A stretch of DNA of 64,000 nucleotides from Macrostomum hystrix (taxonomy: Eukaryota; Animalia; Platyhelminthes), in the NCBI GenBank assembly GCA_950097015.1, contig CATNEN010000039.1, positions 19,716,001 through 19,780,000 on the forward strand, written 5' to 3'. Below the pieces are notes generated by a model. It was not told where the DNA came from, did not search any database, and was given only the letters and a program-made list of their open reading frames with translations. The first letter of the stretch is position 1. Each line of letters begins with the position of its first letter. Below are positions 36,844-49,480 of this stretch, one piece after another. The position numbers and the translations under genes were made by a program.

Positions 36844-39800
36844 TGTTGACCGAGACAAGCCAAGGCAAGATATTGCGAGGTGTCAAAATGCCCAGGAGAG
36901 AAACAGGCGGAAGCTATGCGATAGTCAATATATTGTAGCTCAATAACACACTGGAGTTGAGCAGCTCCAACCCCAAGACTAAAACCAGCCATACCAGCCT
37001 CGTACATGCACTATTAGATAAGCAATAAAACGACAGCACGCGCACAGCAGGACTGAGAGTGAAAACATGTACATAGCCAGCAAATAACAATGCAACGCAC
37101 AGCGAGGCCCGCCAAGCCCAGAGCCACGCAGAGTGAACAGTCTAACACTGCTCCCCGCAAAAAAACCCATAGACATAAGAGCAAAACACAAATGCATCAA
37201 ACATGAAAAGAGGAAATTAAAAGCAACTGAACAGTCCATTAAACAGTCCATAGTCACAAAAATCACGTCACTTGTAGCAGACTGGCTGCCGAGGACGAAG
37301 CCTGTACGGCTCCCGGATCTCCGGGCTCCGGTCCCGGTTGGCACCTATGGCTGGAGACTCCAGGTCTGGAGGCAGGTCGACCACATCAAGTTTCACCGGA
37401 GCAGCACCGGTTTCAGAAGCCTCTGGTGGCCTCGGAGTCTCTGGCCGGCCGCTCCATTGGTTCGCGTGCGCCAGCCACAAGCCACCGTCGGGCAGGTCAG
37501 CAGGAGCAACCAGCGCCGTGTTCAGGCCGTGCTGCACCACGAACTTGGCCGGAATCGGCGGGGTTCCGGGACGCATTCTCAGCCAGATCGAATCGCCCGC
37601 CTGCTCAGTCATCGTTAGTGGGTGGCGAAGCCGCCGGCCCCACATGAGGACATCCGGGGACGCGGTGCGATTCCCGCTCGGCCTGCTGGTCCTGATCGTC
37701 AACAGCAGCTTCTGCAGGAAGTGGTCAAACGGCACCACCTTCGTCCACGCCTTGAGCCCGTCCTTGAGGATCCTCACCAGCCTTTCTGCCTGACCGTTGG
37801 AGGCGGGGTGATACGGCGGAGTGTGCAGCTCCCGGCATCCGATGCTCTCCAGCCACCGAGAAACTTTCTCCGACTTGAACTCGGGTGCGTTGTCAGACAC
37901 CAGAGTTCGGGGCACTCCGTTCCTGGCGAAGACCGCTCTCAGAACACGCAGAACGCTGTCAGCCGATCGGTCCGGCACCTGAATCGCCTCAGGCCAGCCT
38001 GAGTAGGAGTCAGACAGCAGCAGGAGCAATCCAACACCAGAAATGTCGCAATGGTCCATGTGGACTCGAGACCATGGCTCACTTTCAGCTGGCCAAACAT
38101 CAATCTTCCTCGGCAGCACTGGTCGAGTTTCTGAGCACTGCTGGCACCGCTGCACAAAATCTCGGACATCTCGATCCAGGCCAGGCCACCAGAACTCCTT
38201 GGCAATGTGCGCCTTGGTGTTGTCCGCGCTCGGGTGCACTTCATCATGGGCAGCCTCTAGAATCCGCCTGCGGAGAATGGGTGGCGGCACAATTCTGGTT
38301 GCATGGATCACCAAACCGTCTTCCACTGACAATGCTTCCCGGCACGCCTTGTACGGCCTTTCAACCTGCGACACCTGGCCCCATCTGCCTGATCTGATTC
38401 TCTGCTGCAGCCGTCTCAGCAGCGAGCACATCTTGGTCCCTTCTCGTAGCTCCTGAAGAGTCACCAGCGTCCCTTCCGAGATGAACTCTGACTCAAGCTG
38501 ATGGACCGACTCATTCAGCAGGTCTTTGTTGACAAAGCTCAGGCGAGACAAAGCATCAGCATCCACCATCAGCCTTCCAGGCACGTACTCCACCTCATAG
38601 TCAAAAGCCGATAGCCGCAGGGCCCAGCGCGTTAATCTTGCCGACACAGTTTTAGGCAGGTTTTTACTCGGATTGAAGATGTACTTCAGAGGCTCATGGT
38701 CCGTCTGAAGCGTGAACCTCTTGCCCAGCAGCATCTTCCGAGCTCTTTCCACCGCTCACACAATGGCCAGCGCCTCTCTCTCAATGTTCGAATAGTTCGC
38801 TTCAGCTTTTGTCAAGGCCCGAGACAGGTACATGACAGGATGGCCGGACTGAACTAAGACAGCTCCTAACGACTGCTCGCTAGCATCGACTCGCAGGCAC
38901 ACTGGGGCGTTGACGTCAAACGGTTTCACGCACGGATTCGAACTCAGGCACTCCTTCACTTGGGCGAAAGCTGCTTCGGCTGCCGGACTCCAGTCAAACA
39001 CACGATCCAATTGGCGAAGTTCCTGCAGCGGCCGGCACTTCTCGGCAAAATTGGGGACCAGCCGACCATAAAACTGGGCCAGCCCCAGAAAGTGCTCCAG
39101 ATCTTTCTTGTTCCTCGGAGCTTCAACTTGCTGAATTCTCAGAACCATTCCGGGATCTGGTTTAATTCCCTCGACATCAATGATATGGCCCAGGAACTTA
39201 AGACTGCTAGCCTCCATGATGCACTTAGCCTCATTGATTTTCACATTCGCTGCTCGCAGCTTGCCTAGCACCACTTCCCGGATGTTCTCCAGCTTTGCCT
39301 GGGACACCGCTCCCATGAGGACGTCATCCTGGTACACAATCACGCTCGGGTGCTCACCCAGCAGCTTCTCCATCTCACGCTGAAACACCGAAGGAGAGAC
39401 CTTAATGCCGTACGGCAGGCGGTTGAATCGGTAGCAGCCGAACGGCGTGTTGATGGTGGTGATGTCCTTGGACTCGTCCTCCAGCGGAATCTGATAGTAG
39501 GCGTCAGACAGGTCCAGTCGGCAGAACAGCTTTTTGTTGGCCATCTTGGAGAATGCGGTCTCAATTGATGGGGTCAGGTACGTTTGATCCTGCACCCACT
39601 GATTGACCGCCGTGTAGTCTCCACAGATCCGCACCGACACCTTGTCCGACTTCACGGTCACCACTATCGGGCTGCCCCACTCAGACGACGCTACCTTCTT
39701 GACTATTCCCGCCTTCTCCATCAGGTCCAGCTCCTTCTTCACTAACGGCCGCAAAGCTAACGGCAGCTCGCGGGCTGGTTGAAAAATCGGCCGAGCTCCT

Positions 39801-41406
39801 GCCTTCAACCGAATCTCTCCTAAGGCTCCCTTGATGCCCAACAGACTCTCATGCCTGTTGTTGCTGGCTGGCCCCGCCTCGTTCGAATGGTGCGCTGGCA
39901 GCGAGCTCAACAGGTCCCTGCCGAGCAGTCCGAACTTCTGCTGGCAGTCAATGACAGGCAGCTCCGCCGCGGTGAAACAGCCGTCAGAGTCATCTGTCTC
40001 TAGAAGGCACTCCAGAATGCCGAGCTGCTTCATCACATGGCCGTCATAAGCCAGCATTCGTGATTTCACTGATTTTAGTGCCGGCCTTCCAAGATCCTCC
40101 CAGATCCTTTTCGAGATTAACGAGCACGAGGCGCCGCTGTCCTTCTCCATCTTCACCTGCTTGCTGTTGATTCGCACCATGCAGAAGGCGGCCGGGCTAC
40201 CCTCGCCACAGTAGAACACCGGATCGTCGCGGGTCACTACTGAGACGGCACCCTTGGCTTCGGTCGGTGTGGCGAAGTGAGTCCTGGCGCTCCGACAAAC
40301 CTTGGCGAAGTGGCCGTGTTTCCCGCACTGATTGCAGGTGGCCTTCAGAGCCCAGCAGTCAGTAGGCCGGCGATGTGACATTCGGCCGCAGCGCTGGCAG
40401 CTTTGAGCCTCATTCGGCTGCCTCTGCTTCCACTTCAGAACTGCATTCACGCTATCCACTTCTATCTCCTTTGCTGGCATCTCAGGTGTCATGCTATCCA
40501 TCTGGTGCACCGTGGTGTCCAGCGCAGCTGAGGCCCCTGACGAGAAAGTTCTCACCATCTGAAGCTGCTAAACATAGTCGGTGATCTGGTCGACGGATAA
40601 CGCCGCCGTGACCTCGCGCTCGAGAACCTTGCTCCTGACCTCCTAATTGTTGAGGCCGGCGATGAGTCGCATCTTGACCAGCTGCTCTGCTGGGTCAACG
40701 TCCTTGTCCTTCAGCTTTTCAAACTCGCACGCCACAGCCTGTTCTCGAAGACGGGCGGCAAATGGTCTCGCCCTAGCCCTGGCGCAGGGACATAAAGGCC
40801 GCTCTCTCTGCGATCAGCAGCCTCTTCTGCGGTTCCAGAAACTTTACTAGACTCGACTTGATGTCGTTCCATTTCATCTTTGAAAGCTGACTAGGTGCAA
40901 CCAGCTGCTTCACCTTGATGAGCTGGGCTACTCCGAGGCAGCCCAGGAAAGCGTCAGTCAGTGCCAGGTTGCCATCGGTGTCCTGAATTCCTTTTGATCG
41001 CGCCTGTGCGTCAAAAACTTCAACCCATGCTCGCAGCTCATCTATGCTGCCGAAGGGCAATGGGTCCCGCAGCTTGATTGACATCCAACAATCCTGCGTG
41101 CGACACCAAAATGTTAACCGAGACAAGCCAAGGCGAGATATTGCGAGGTGTCGAAACGCCCACGAGAGAAACAGGCAAAAGCTATGCGATAGTCAATATA
41201 TTGTAGCTCAATAACACACTGGAGTTGAGCAGCTCCAACCCCAGGACTAAAACCAGCCATGTACATGCACTATTAGATAAGCAATAAAACGACAGCACGC
41301 GCACAGCAGGACTGAGAGTGAAAACATGTACATAGCCAGCAAATAACAACGCAACGCACAGCGAGGCCCGCCAAGCCCAGAGCCACGCAGAGTGAACAGT
41401 CTAACA
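36844..41406 (-). mobile_element. Gypsy (Mag-like) LTR retrotransposon 1, degenerate; LTRs 36844-37146 and 41112-41406
   Basis: TGTT...AACA LTR pair; PBS TGGTGTCGCACGCAGGAT next to the 5' LTR; gag with two zinc knuckles, then protease DSGAS, RT YQDD, RNase H and integrase in Gypsy order. Confidence 0.96.
37268..41084 (-). pseudogene. Disrupted gag-pol of LTR element 1
   Basis: Frameshift in gag near 40770 and an in-frame TGA at 38756-38758 in RNase H (ALAIV*AVER, usually W). Confidence 0.85.
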
Positions 41407-41912
41407 ATGTTTTATGAACATTTTATGCTGATTTATTCAAGTGGTCAGTCTCAAATATTGAAAAGCAACTAAAAATGAATTAGTAAGTCATTAAAAATTA
41501 TAACACTTCAAATTCCATTAGTTTGTTAATATCTTGCACCAAAAGTTCTTATAAATTAGTAATTAGTTTGGTTTCTCTTGTCAAATTTAATAATTGTAAG
41601 CATAGCTAGTTGTTTTACTTAATTAAGCATACCCTTCATTTTATGCTCTTCTCATTCTATTAAAAAGTGAGTAATTTCTAATAATTGAGTTAAAATGTGA
41701 AAATGTAAATCATATGAGACAAGTATGTAGCGTGGTAGCTAGCTACTGCGTGCGAAACGTATATTTGCGGAGAGCAAAGTGAAACGCGGAAAAGGGTAAA
41801 CAGAAGGAGGCGCACGCAAACAGTCTTATACGGCCATCGCGTAAACAAGCGGTAAAAAAGTCAAGGTCACACCGCCCAAACACGCCACGCTGGGGAGGGG
41901 TGGCGCCCACCC

Positions 41913-44900
41913 CTAACCCCCGGGGTTGGCCGCGTGCAGACGTGGGGTGGTGTGAGAAATCGGCGGGCAGAACGGCTTGCAAGTGGCTGCCACCGAGTGC
42001 ACTTGCTCTTGACCGCCACAGGGCTCCCCCCCAGCGGTGGCCTTCGGTACCCGCCGGCACCGGCGCTGCGGCTGGCGCCGACGCAGAGGAACCGGCGGAG
42101 GGGTGATCGGTGGAGTGGCGGCCGGCTCTGCTTTGGTGCCGGGAACGCTAGGCGGGCGTGTCGTTGGGTCCCGCGGCGGCCGGCCGCGCGGGCGAAGTTG
42201 CGGCGTCGGAGCCGGGCTGGTTGGGTCGAGCGTTGCCGGCTTGAGCCGGTCCACCGACACGTGGTCCTGCCGGGTGACGAGGTCGAGGAGGAACGCCTTG
42301 GCGCCGCGCTTCAGCACCTTGAAGGGGCCGAGGTAAGGCGGCTGCAGTGCCGGCCGGTGCCCGTCGCGGCGGACGAAAACGTGCGTGCAGGCGTCCAGGG
42401 CAGTCGGCCAGGCGGTGGCACGGCGACCGTGTTGGGAGGTCGGTGGCGGCCGGAAAGCCTGCACGGCCTGGCGCAGGTGGGTCAGAAAACCGTCGTGGCT
42501 CGCGGTGGGTGGGCCGGCCTGCAGGCACTCGCCCGGCACCGCCAGTGGGACGCCGTACACCATTTCGGCCGAAGAAACGCCGAAATCCTCCTTGGGCGCC
42601 GTGCGGATGCCCAGCAGCACCCAGGGCAACTCGGTAGTCCAGGACGGCCCTGTCAGCCGCGCCATCAAGGAGGCCTTGAGATGCCGATGAAAACGCTCGA
42701 CCAGCCCGTTGGCCTGTGGATGAAAAGCCGTCGTCTGGTGCAGCTGCATGCCCAGCAGGCGGGAGACGTTCGCCCACAGCTCCGAGGTGAATTGCGGGCC
42801 GCGGTCGGAGGTGAGGTCGCCAGGCACGCCGAAACGGGCGACCCAGTGCGTGATGAAGGCGCCGGCGCAGGTGGCCGCGGAGGTGTCGGCCAGCGGGATT
42901 GCTTCCGGCCAGCGCGTGAAACGGTCGACCACGGTCAGCAGGTGCGTGAAACCTTGCGACGGCGGCAGCGGGCCGACCAGGTCGATGTGCACGTGTGCGA
43001 AACGATCGCGAGGCACCGGGATGCTGTCCGGCTCGCTGACCACGTGTCGCTGGACTTTAGCCGTCTGGCAGGCGACGCAGCTGCGAGCCCAAAGGCCGAC
43101 GTCCCGGTTGAGGCCGGGCCAGACGAAACGGTCGGCGACGAGGCGGCGGGAGCTGCGGATGGAGGGGTGCGCGAGGCCGTGGATGGCGTCGAACACCGGC
43201 CGTCGGAAATCAGGCGGCACCAGCGGGCGGGGCCGACCGGTGGAGACGTCGCAGAGCAACTCCAGGCCTGCGCGGAGGCTCACTCGCTCCAACCGAAGCC
43301 CGGAGTGTGGCTCGGTGGGGGCCTGCTGGACCCGCGCCATGGCGGCATAGTCGACGCCAGGTAGCACACTGGCCACGGTGCAGCGGGACAGCGCGTCGGC
43401 CACCGGGTTGTCCTTGCCGGCGATGTGCTGGACGTCCGTGGTGAACTCGCTAACGTACGCCAGGTGGCGTTGCTGTCGGGCGGACCACGGGTCGGACAGC
43501 TTGGCCATGGCGGCGGCCAGCGGTTTGTGGTCCGTGTAGGCGGTGAATGGGCGCCTCTCCAGGAAGAAACGAAAGTGGCGGACCGCTAGGTACAGCGCCA
43601 GAAGCTCGCGGTCGAAAGCGCTGTACTTCTGCTCCGCTGGCCTCAGCTGGCGGCTGAAGAAGGCAAGTGGCTGCCAGGCGAGGCCGACGTGCTGTTCGAG
43701 GACGGCGCCGACGGCCGTGTCGGAAGCGTCGACTGTGAGGGCCATCGGCGCCTCGGGCCTGGGGTGCGCCAGCATGGCTGCGTTAGCGAGCGCTCGCTTG
43801 GTATTGTCGAAAGCCTCGGTCAGCTCTGGCGTCCACTGCACCAGCTTCCCCTTGCCGGACATGGCCTGGTAGATCGGGCGCAGCAGCTGGGCAGCGCGGG
43901 GCACAAAGCGGTGATAGAAGTTCACCATGCCGGCGAACTCCTGGAGGCCCTTCACCATCGTGGGCGGCGCGAATCGGGCGATGACGTCGACTTTGTCCGG
44001 CAGCGGCACGGCACCCGCGGCGCTGATCCTGTGGCCCAGGAAGTCGATCTGGCTGCGGCCGAACTGGCACTTGGCCGGGTTCAGCAACAGGCCGTTGTCA
44101 GCGAGGCGCTGGAACAGCTGCCGCAGGTGCTCCTCGTGCTGCTCAAGGCTGTTGCTGGCCACCAGGAAATCGTCGATGTAGGCGAAAACTGCTGGCAGGT
44201 CCTGGCAAATCGAGTCCACTAAGCGCTGGAAGGCCTGTGCCGCGTTTTTCAGGCCAAATGGCATGCGGAGGAACTCGAACAGCCCGAAGGGCGTTATTAC
44301 GGCGGTCTTCGGGATGTCGGCCTCGGCGACTGGGATCTGGTGGTAGCCGCGCACCAGGTCAATCTTAGAGAACACGGTGCAGCCGGTCAGCCGCGCCGAA
44401 AAGTCTTGGATATGCGGCACAGGGTAGCGGTCTGGCACCGTGGCGTCGTTGAGACGCCTGAAATCGCCGCAGGGCCGGAAACCGCCGGAAGCCTTAGGCA
44501 CCATGTGCAGCGGCGACGACCACGGGCTGCTGGACCGCCGCACGATTCCGAGCTGCTCCAGGTTGCGAAACTCCTCCTTGGCTGCAGCCAGCTTGTCGGG
44601 TGGCAGGCGGCGCGCCCTGGCATGTACCGGAGGGCCCGTCGTCGGGATGCAGTGTTCGACGCCGTGCCGCGGCGTGGCCCTGATGAAACTGGGCTCCGTG
44701 ATGCTGGGGAACTCCGCCAGCAGTCGGCTGTACGGGTCCTTGGCCACGGCGGCGGCGAGCTGCGGTGCAGAACCGGAACCGGGCAGCAGGTGCACGCTGG
44801 CCAGGGAGCTGGCGTCCAGGAGACGGCGGTTCGGCAGGTCCACTAGCAGGCCGTGGTGGCGCAGGAAGTCGGCGCCGATCAGCGGCCTGGAGACCTCGGC

Positions 44901-45160
44901 CAGCACGAACGACCAAGTGCAGGTCTTCAGGCCGATGTCTAGGGTGAGGCTGCGACTGCCGAATGTGCGAATTCGGCTTCCGTTGGCGGCGAACAGGGGC
45001 GGGCCCGGCGAGCGGGCGCGGGCATCGTCCGCGGAGGCTGGGAAGATGCTGACCTCGGCGCCCGTGTCCACCAGGAAACGCCGGCCGGACTGGACGTCGG
45101 GGATGAGCAGCAGGTTGCCGGCCGCCGCGATGTTCACTGACGGCCGGCCAGCCCGTTTCC
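41913..45160 (-). CDS. pol: Pol (PR-RT-RNase H-IN) of LTR element 2, reached by -1 frameshift
   Basis: LVDTGAE, YIDD, DASD..ELLA..TDHKPL, HHCC zinc finger, D..D..E integrase and GPY/F motif; no internal stop. Confidence 0.93.
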
Positions 45161-45838
45161 CGAGAAGCTGCAGGGCTGCTCGCATTGCCTGGCCTTCGCG
45201 CCGAACTTGCGGTGGAAATAGCACACCTCCGGAGTGCGGCTGCCGCGGTGTCCCGGCCGGGGCGACTTGGCGCGAGGCCGAGCAGCCTGTCGCGCGGCGC
45301 AAACCTCGGGCAGGTCCTCCAGGTGCGCAGAGGCGGCCATTGGTTGCGGTCGGCTGGCCCAGAGCTGGTCGGCGAGCTGCGCGACCGCCCGGGGATCCTC
45401 GAAATCTGCAGAAGCGAGCGCCATCCGGATGTCCGCGGGCAGCTGCTGGCGGAAAAGCTCTTCAAAGAGCAGGCAAGGCCGATGGTCGCCCAGCAGGGCC
45501 AGCATTTCGTCCATCAGCTCGGACGGACGGCGATCTCCGAGGCTGGACATGCTGAGCAGGCGGCTGGCTCGCTGCTGCCGGGTGAGGCTGAAAGAGCCGA
45601 GCAGGCGCTCCTTCAACCTGCCGTATTTGTTGGTGTCCGGAGGGCTCTCCAGGACATCCAGCAGGCGTTCAGCGGTCCGCTGGTCAAGCGAGGCGACCAA
45701 GTGGTGGTACTTGGTGTCGTCCTGGCTGATGCCCCGCAGCTGGAACTGGGCCTCCGCCTGAATAAACCACGCGCGTGGCTGTGCAGCCCAAAACGTGGGC
45801 AGCTTGAGTGCTACGGATGACTCAGTAGGAAGCGCCAT
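45134..45838 (-). CDS. gag: Gag of LTR element 2
   Basis: [25 protein letters not shown]-terminus and a [14 protein letters not shown] motif typical of this Gypsy group. Confidence 0.9.
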   Translation of the reverse strand: MALPTESSVALKLPTFWAAQPRAWFIQAEAQFQLRGISQDDTKYHHLVASLDQRTAERLLDVLESPPDTNKYGRLKERLLGSFSLTRQQRASRLLSMSSLGDRRPSELMDEMLALLGDHRPCLLFEELFRQQLPADIRMALASADFEDPRAVAQLADQLWASRPQPMAASAHLEDLPEVCAARQAARPRAKSPRPGHRGSRTPEVCYFHRKFGAKARQCEQPCSFSGNGLAGRQ

Positions 45839-46267
45839 TTAAAACGGAATGGCGGGTGTCGGGCTCACCAATGTAGCGTGGTAGCTAGCTACTGCGTGCG
45901 AAACGTATATTTGCGGAGAGCAAAGTGAAACGCGGAAAAGGGTAAACAGAAGGAGGCGCACGCAAACAGTCTTATACGGCCATCGCGTAAACAAGCGGTA
46001 AAAAAGTCAAGGTCACACCGCCCAAACACGCCACGCTGGGGAGGGGTGGCGCCCACCCCTAACCCCCGGGGTTGGCCGCGTGCAGACGTGGGGTGGTGTG
46101 AGAAATCGGCGGGCAGAACGGCTTGCAAGTGGCTGCCACCGAGTGCACTTGCTCTTGACCGCCACAAGTACTAATATATATGATAATATATAAGTTACAA
46201 TTAGTATTAATTATTAATCACTTTTGATTTTCTACTTCAGCAATATTTGGTCTAACAAAATCCAATC

Positions 46268-47338
46268 ATGCTTGTTGAATATGAGAACAGTGACTCTGAG
46301 TCAGAGGAAGATAATCCAGCCAAAGCAGCTGGTTCTGATGAAGCAAAGTCAGCTGAATACAAAGACACCACTGAAGCAGATTCTGTTGCCATTTCCGATG
46401 AGGAAGACGATGCCAATCGACAAGAAAATCCTGACAATGATGAAGATGACAAACATAATGAATTTAATAGTGGCTCCGGCTTGACTGCTCTCGCTGCGGC
46501 TGATGACACAGTCGAGGAGAGCCTGAGAAATCGGCTACCAGCGTCGGCGCCCAGACCGCCGTCTCCGCCCAAGTCAACAACATCGGCGGCATCTTCGGCT
46601 ACCGCCGCGGCCAAACAGAATGACCTTAAACAGAAACAGCTGCTGTTGCAGCAGAAGCGTCGTCGGCTGCTAATGCTGGAGCCGAACAATGGCGCCGCCA
46701 AAGACATTAACGATGATGACGATGAAGATGACGAAGACGCTGCTAAGAGACGACGAATTGCTACGGCGGGTGCTATCGGGCCGATTCGCGGAGCCACGTC
46801 CTTGTTAGCCAGGCTGCCTAAGCCGAAAGCGCTAGCCGTGCGCGAAGGCGGTTCTCGGCTTTTCGTGCCGAAACAGCGTCAGGTTCAACAGCCCCTGCCT
46901 GATCCGATGCCGCCGCGCCAAACTGAAGACATGGTGGATGATCATCCGTCGGCTTCCACTTCGTCCTACCGGCCGGCATTTGTCGAATCCGATTTTAACA
47001 TCCTGCCGCCTAGCGAATTGCACCGCTATCGTCAGGCCACTGGCGCCTCTCTAACCGCCGATATTGCCGAGGGCGGCGCCGGCGGCGGCATCATCGACAT
47101 CCGGCAGGCCGACCAGATAGCCGGAGCTGATCTTGAGCTCACTAAGCAGTTGACTCGCAACGCTGGCGAAGATCTCAGACGCAAGCCGGATGGTCCGGAG
47201 CCGAGCTCGCTGGCTAAGCGCAAGCATCAGATTACCTACCTGGCCTATCAGGCTAAGGAAAGAGAATTGGAGCTCAAAAACTCCTGGTCTGATGCCAGAT
47301 TTAGCCAGCGTAGCAGTCAGAGAAAGTACGGATTCTAA
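46268..47338 (+). CDS. PRCC: Proline-rich mitotic checkpoint control factor PRCC homolog, intronless CDS
   Basis: N-terminal MLVEYENSDSE and C-terminal RKHQITYLAYQAKERELELKNSWS...RKYGF. Confidence 0.93.
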   Translation: MLVEYENSDSESEEDNPAKAAGSDEAKSAEYKDTTEADSVAISDEEDDANRQENPDNDEDDKHNEFNSGSGLTALAAADDTVEESLRNRLPASAPRPPSPPKSTTSAASSATAAAKQNDLKQKQLLLQQKRRRLLMLEPNNGAAKDINDDDDEDDEDAAKRRRIATAGAIGPIRGATSLLARLPKPKALAVREGGSRLFVPKQRQVQQPLPDPMPPRQTEDMVDDHPSASTSSYRPAFVESDFNILPPSELHRYRQATGASLTADIAEGGAGGGIIDIRQADQIAGADLELTKQLTRNAGEDLRRKPDGPEPSSLAKRKHQITYLAYQAKERELELKNSWSDARFSQRSSQRKYGF

Positions 47339-47460
47339 TTTATTTTATTCTGGCCTCCGTGACACTGCAATGTGTATTAAATTTGATTCATAAGGCATGA
47401 GACATACTGCTAAAGTTAGTACGATCGCTAGTTGCGTTTTAGAGTAGCTCCAAGTGGCTT

Positions 47461-48150
47461 GTTAACTACTCAAACCGTTCTCTAACTACTCTAACCATTC
47501 TCTAACTACTCAAACCGTTCTCTAACTACTCTAACCATTCTCTAACTACTCAAACCATTCTCTAACTACTCTAACCATTCTCTAACGACTCAAACACTTC
47601 TCTAACAGCTCAAACCGTTCTCTAACTACTCAAACCGTTCTCAAACTACTCTAACCATTCTCTAACTACTCTAACCATTCTCTAACAGCTCAAACCGTTC
47701 TCTAACTACTCAAACCGTTCTCAAACTACTCTAACCATTCTCTAACTACTCTAACCATTCTCTAACAGCTCAAACCGTTCTCTAACGACTCAAACACTTC
47801 TCTAACAGCTCAAACCGTTCTCTAACTACTCAAACAATTTTCAAACTACTCTAACCATTCTCTAACTACTCAAACACTTCTCTAACAGCTCAAACCGTTC
47901 TCTAACTACTCTAACCATTCTCTAACTACTCAAACACTTCTCTAACAGCTCAAACCGTTCTCTAACTACTCAAACACTTCTCTAACAGCTCAAACCGTTC
48001 TCTAACGACTCAAACACTTCTCTAACAGCTCAAACCCTTCTCTAACTACTCAAACACTTCTCTAACAGCTCCAACCGTTCTCTAACGACTCTAATCCTTT
48101 TCTATCCTCTCAAACCCTTCTCTTACGATGCAAACCATTCTCTCTAACGA
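47461..48150. repeat. 20-bp tandem repeat (TCTAACTACTCAAACCGTTC), about 33 units
   Basis: Directly visible; shares TTCTCTAA..ACTCAAAC with the 7241-9228 array. Confidence 0.95.
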
Positions 48151-48697
48151 CTAGCTAAATTAAATTAAAATGTAAACAAGCTAAATTATACTCGCAACTT
48201 GCTTAATATCGTTATTATATGTTTAAAGTTATGTAGTCATTGTACATACCATTTTTTACCTATTTCTGCTGTAAAAATGATTTACAGCAGAAAAAAATGT
48301 CGTTTCCCTGAACTTTCGCAGTTGTTGGTAAGAAAACAAAAAATATATAATAAAACAGTAATGTAAAAAATGTTTGCTTTCATTTCCGACAAATCTGCTC
48401 GTTGTTCGTATTTTAATACTACTTAGAGTTTTAGTTTACCAGATAAAAATGCAATTTGAAAGTGATATAGATTTTCAATATAGCATTGATATACATGCAT
48501 ACGTATGTTCCACATTTTGTCAGTCAAGGTCGAATTTGACCCTCATCTGTTAAATTAGGATGTTTATATGAACCCCACCTGTCAGATTAGGATGTTTATG
48601 ACCTTTCCTTTGAGGCTGTGTTTGGCCCCAGCTATCATTTCGTGATGCTTGTAAGCTGACACCAGGTCATAAAACAATTGGCATTGCAGAGCTCAGC

Positions 48698-49480
48698 ATG
48701 AAGGCGCCAAATTCAACGGACACTCAGCGGAACCTGATGTTCCACCTGGCCCTGCTGTTCTGCTGCATCTCCATGGTGACATACTTTCTGGCTTTTGTAT
48801 CGCCGCATTGGTTAGAATCGCAGCCGGAATACCACAGCCCCTTCCTTCGTATCGGGCTGTGGGAGGTCTGCTTCGACGGTTATCTCAGTCCCAGAGACTA
48901 CGTTTCTAAGGCCTACTTCGGCTGCTGGTACATCTACTTCCCGGAATTCGACGCTATCAAGAGCTGGCTAATACCGCCTTGGTATTACGCCGTACAGATG
49001 CTGGGCATTGTAGCCTTCGTATCCATCCTGTTGTCAACCATCGCCATGGGTTCGCAGTTTGTTCGCGTACTAAATCGCGACTCTATGCGTTGGCTGCGCG
49101 CGAACACACTATTTCACCTGTTGTCTAGCCTGTGCATCGCATTCCAACTGATTGTGATGGCTATTCAGAGCCGCGACCAGCGCTGGATGCCCAGGCCAGA
49201 CCAAAACCGGCTCGGCTTTGCCTACGCCATGGCGCTCATCGCCTGCCTGTCCAGCTTCTTCACCTCCGGCTTCCTCGGCATGCTGTTTATCAAGCCCGAG
49301 GAGGAACAGCTGGTGTTCTCCGACTTTGTCGACGCGGCCGCTGCCGGCGGAGCCGCCAAATCTGACGTTTACGGTGGAGCCAGTGTGATGAGCGCGGGCG
49401 GTCAGCAGGACAAGTTTATGGAGGCGTCCGGCGGTGGCACTCGCTATTACGGCGGCGGTCAGGGTGACAGCGCCGTCTAA
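48698..49480 (+). CDS. Claudin/PMP22-family tetraspan protein
   Basis: W...GLWEVC...C signature, four hydrophobic segments and a C-terminal PDZ-type tail DSAV. Confidence 0.88.
   Translation: MKAPNSTDTQRNLMFHLALLFCCISMVTYFLAFVSPHWLESQPEYHSPFLRIGLWEVCFDGYLSPRDYVSKAYFGCWYIYFPEFDAIKSWLIPPWYYAVQMLGIVAFVSILLSTIAMGSQFVRVLNRDSMRWLRANTLFHLLSSLCIAFQLIVMAIQSRDQRWMPRPDQNRLGFAYAMALIACLSSFFTSGFLGMLFIKPEEEQLVFSDFVDAAAAGGAAKSDVYGGASVMSAGGQQDKFMEASGGGTRYYGGGQGDSAV

Larger units (their letters stand above)
41726..46166 (-). mobile_element. Gypsy LTR retrotransposon 2, apparently intact and recent; LTRs 41726-42020 and 45872-46166
   Basis: 295-bp LTRs TGTAGC...GCCACA with no difference seen by eye; 4-bp TSD AGTA; PBS TGGTGAGCCCGAC (tRNA-Trp-like); PPT GGGGGGAGCCC. 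Confidence 0.98.

Noticed and set aside
41900-45820. Long + strand ORFs over LTR element 2
   Set aside because: Antisense shadows of a GC-rich gag-pol with no recognisable domains.
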